From assembly GCA_028279585.1 (NCBI GenBank), contig JANQNL010000039.1:4132-68131 (forward strand): a stretch of 64,000 nt of DNA. The letters are read 5' to 3'. The notes beneath the pieces are model-generated. The model made no database searches and was not told where the DNA came from. It saw only the letters and a list, made by a program, of their open reading frames with translations. Each line of letters opens with the position of its first letter. Position 1 is the first letter of the stretch. The DNA is from Thermoplasmatota archaeon (GTDB lineage Archaea; Thermoplasmatota; Penumbrarchaeia; JANQNL01). The position numbers and the translations under genes are program-made. Positions 62,901-64,000 of the stretch are shown one piece after another.

Positions 62901-63572
62901 CTCCAAAAGGTTGGATAGACCGTCGCCATCCGGGTCGTCGTTGGCGTCTGTGGGGTCCGAGCTATTGAGGAATGCCAGTTCCTCCCACTGATCGTCCATG
63001 CCGTCGCCATCTTGGTCAATGAACTCGGTCTCGCCTCCCCAGTGGTATGATCGCAAGGTGTCCCTTCCTTCTTTGGTGGTTGTGTCCACTGGCTCGTATG
63101 GTAGCTGGCCGTTGATCACTTCCCATCCGTCGTCGATGGTATCGCCATCGGAATCTGGATCTCTGATGTTGATGAGCCCGTCACCATCGAGGTCCGCCGT
63201 TGGAAGGAGAGCTGCTCTTGGGTTCGTTAATTGGCCTGTGCGTGTCTGGGCTAGAAGGTCCAGGGTTCCTTGGGGTAGGGTATCCTGTCTATCGTGGACC
63301 CTGTTCCAGTACTCGTTCTCGATGAAGTCCGAAAGACCATCCATGTCCGAGTCCACCTGGACTGGGTCTGTGAGCGTCGTGGAGGCTTCCACGATGTCTT
63401 CCAGTAGGTCTCCGTCCGGGTCGTACTTGGGGACTGGGTCGAACTCCAGGGCATCCCTGGGGTCCTTCTGTTCTGATGGTTGGAAGATGTTGAACAATGA
63501 GTAAGGTGCCATTAGTATGCAAACTAGGGCGAGAATCGCGATTACCATCCTCATCGTCGGCTTTCCCATCAT
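59913..63572 (-). CDS. Large membrane protein: TSP3 repeats + transglutaminase-like core lacking the Cys-His-Asp triad + TSP3 repeats + TM + DUF4129-like cytoplasmic tail
   Basis: N-terminal TM helix. TSP3 units 'DSDMDGLSDFIE', 'DLDGDGLINIRDPDSDGDTIDDGWE'. Core 'LDYSIAAILVLREAGIDCKLTTGF...ARAWVEVGVYQLGYIPFEFSPT'. More TSP3 units ('DTDGDGLDDKEE', 'DSDGDGLKDGTE'). TM helix 'VIGILAIAGVLLLAAIVFTLI'. The tail is DUF4129-like ('TVREFEDALQAYL', 'LTDLFEEARYSDHEL'). Confidence 0.75.
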   Translation of the reverse strand: MMGKPTMRMVIAILALVCILMAPYSLFNIFQPSEQKDPRDALEFDPVPKYDPDGDLLEDIVEASTTLTDPVQVDSDMDGLSDFIENEYWNRVHDRQDTLPQGTLDLLAQTRTGQLTNPRAALLPTADLDGDGLINIRDPDSDGDTIDDGWEVINGQLPYEPVDTTTKEGRDTLRSYHWGGETEFIDQDGDGMDDQWEELAFLNSSDPTDANDDPDGDGLSNLLEFLMAEDVNGAVTGICYDPNYAVLLSDYKVRRYMLNYLYKYLDEDRVDQRGRSTNEAYLDLFTDITDLAELAATYRTLNQTSSAFITRALQLMDEYQSTVRAVDAVRNDDPVFYVYPPEQARYWRMRSYERIDEPLIRGKTNSFEDGEIWEEALYDLSYVDRNDNVFIHEETFFQESIYYPVFGSDSNPNIDTYEYLGVLESNTTCRITMASPTEGLIPTAALTPDHRLTQPRGHVVDSNSYAYPFDDDLMVHHWQYDLRPTTPVRQYELNMVNAHLDLATIESFGLSSRGYSMTEGPITDYLDTIPNYSPAASNFDNLMAIQRHLIKTNFRDFPYPMSSTNMSTLDYSIAAILVLREAGIDCKLTTGFGPGTIENGVRVVRASQARAWVEVGVYQLGYIPFEFSPTEIHPMGMEFPAPTYDGFDPYMVRYDPATDAHLMGEAAALARRIEYGSIYDHLADSDIHDHDLDGIMNSEDADDDNDGLIDIEERDRGSNQFSPDTDGDGLDDKEEVERLLVLTNGDSDGDGVLDGQQPTAPPQNYLTMLPDNSDRDGDGIPNSLEATLFPSIRSPAFEPDVDADGLPDGHERLLGLDYYDADSDSDGLKDGAELSWGRSYPLQTDSDGDGLKDGTEVVFGSMPNTPDTDGDGLSDTEEILRHIETKPITSAYEVDTNRNMVPDSDEFFFSKNKTYNAHIPVPLPKVTYEDQENRTEDTNTSFLGNLSKIKVPSVRRTVIGILAIAGVLLLAAIVFTLIRNKRRDDFKELLDIIDTTTKKLYDTESPEGVRAAIIEAYRRMGLLLETKGYKREDAETVREFEDALQAYLPIKTNSITKLTDLFEEARYSDHELDPKMRDKAIKALERLRKDIEKLSDEDLQVQKKVERAFTKKHEISEDEVERRLKEVSDRYFLEASAEYAQDKIISDFHDDMKRYQKMVGAVVDEEDSVDYSYTKVVNIEGPEPMGEDTLRILNEDPVVATEEGMPKIWRPPELGGEEE

Positions 63573-63628
63573 CTTATAATTACTCCACCAATGTTTTAAA
63601 GATTTTGTTAAGGTCCAACGTCACCTGC

Positions 63629-64000
63629 CTAGTATTTCTTCATCACTGAACTTCCGCAGTGGGGACATTTTCCCTTTTTTAGACGGTTGTCCCTAACATG
63701 CATTGGACCTCGCTCAACCACTACCTTTTTACACTTCTGGCAGTAGGAATGGAGGAACTTCTCATCGTACATATTGCCGATGTAGACGTGGTCAAGCCCT
63801 ACCTTCTTTGCCATCTTGGCTGCTTTATGCAAGGTCTTCGGAGGTGTTGGCGGCTTTGTGAACTTGTAGTCTGGATGGTAACGTGAGAAATGCATCACGG
63901 TGGATGGACCCAAGGAGTCCCTGACCCACTCGCACAGCTTCTTGATCTCCTCCATGTTGTCGTTGGTATCGGTGATGACCAGGGTGGTTATTTCCAGGTG
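63629..64000 (-). CDS. AmmeMemoRadiSam-system radical SAM enzyme, C-terminal part (5' end beyond window)
   Basis: 'MHFSRYHPDYKFTKPPTPPKTL', 'GLDHVYIGNM', and the terminal 'CQKC..GKCPHCG' zinc-ribbon-like pair. The frame stays open to the window edge. Confidence 0.7.
   Translation of the reverse strand, partial: HLEITTLVITDTNDNMEEIKKLCEWVRDSLGPSTVMHFSRYHPDYKFTKPPTPPKTLHKAAKMAKKVGLDHVYIGNMYDEKFLHSYCQKCKKVVVERGPMHVRDNRLKKGKCPHCGSSVMKKY

Overview
The window looks archaeal. It carries RadA, a duplicated-unit tRNA-splicing endonuclease EndA, Elp3, diphthine synthase, Trm5 and an intron-containing tRNA-Tyr with a C1:G72 pair. The genome is very compact, with many ATGA/GTGA stop-start overlaps. TATA-like boxes sit about 25-35 nt before several start codons. 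From gene content (xseAB, MATE, giant calcium-repeat surface proteins, a core of roughly 55% GC) I guess a planktonic Thermoplasmatota / Marine-Group-II-like euryarchaeote, but that is inference only.

Layout:
- 1-4100: core genes (DUF4350-like 3' end, MoxR, hybrid histidine kinase, TauE).
- 4100-8720: an AT-rich accessory islet. It holds a translationally coupled 3-gene cassette (a TIGR04255-like gene plus two orphans) that converges on a fused ABC-ATPase/TOPRIM (OLD/PARIS-like) nuclease, and a small lipoprotein gene.
- 8709-23981: one uninterrupted gene of about 5,090 codons. It encodes a secreted multi-domain protein (beta-helix, LamG array, CBM-like modules, propeller-like block, about 5 kb of TSP3-type calcium repeats) ending in a metzincin HExxHxxxxxH + Met-turn motif.
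- 24.3-32.5 kb: Elp3, glnA, two tandem DUF4139-like coiled-coil paralogues and a V4R-like small protein.
- 32.5-34.7 kb: a second AT-rich islet with a DUF262/GmrSD-like gene lacking its N-terminal motif region and a GNAT-toxin TA pair.
- 34.7-37.5 kb: a membrane-anchored protein with a (GGD)n linker and about 24 copies of an unrecognised 21-residue DxNxDG repeat.
- 37.7-53.3 kb: MarR/MATE, a CrtI-like oxidoreductase, a second V4R-like paralogue next to a 531-aa orphan, an unassigned structured intergenic region, DUF357-HerA-Mtq2-XseB-XseA, tRNA-Tyr, radA, dphB/trm5 (head-to-head) and endA.
- 53.3-63.6 kb: a tightly coupled minus-strand operon (transglutaminase-like protein with all three catalytic residues replaced, then DUF4350, DUF58, an 8-TM protein and a PQQ-propeller surface protein). 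It has no MoxR of its own.
- 63.6-64.0 kb: 3' part of an AmmeMemoRadiSam-type radical SAM gene.

I saw no rRNA, CRISPR array, integrase or transposase.

Limits: all family names come from motif recognition by eye, not from searches. Start codons are best guesses, because the ORF track also uses GTG/TTG starts. GC values are hand counts on sample lines.
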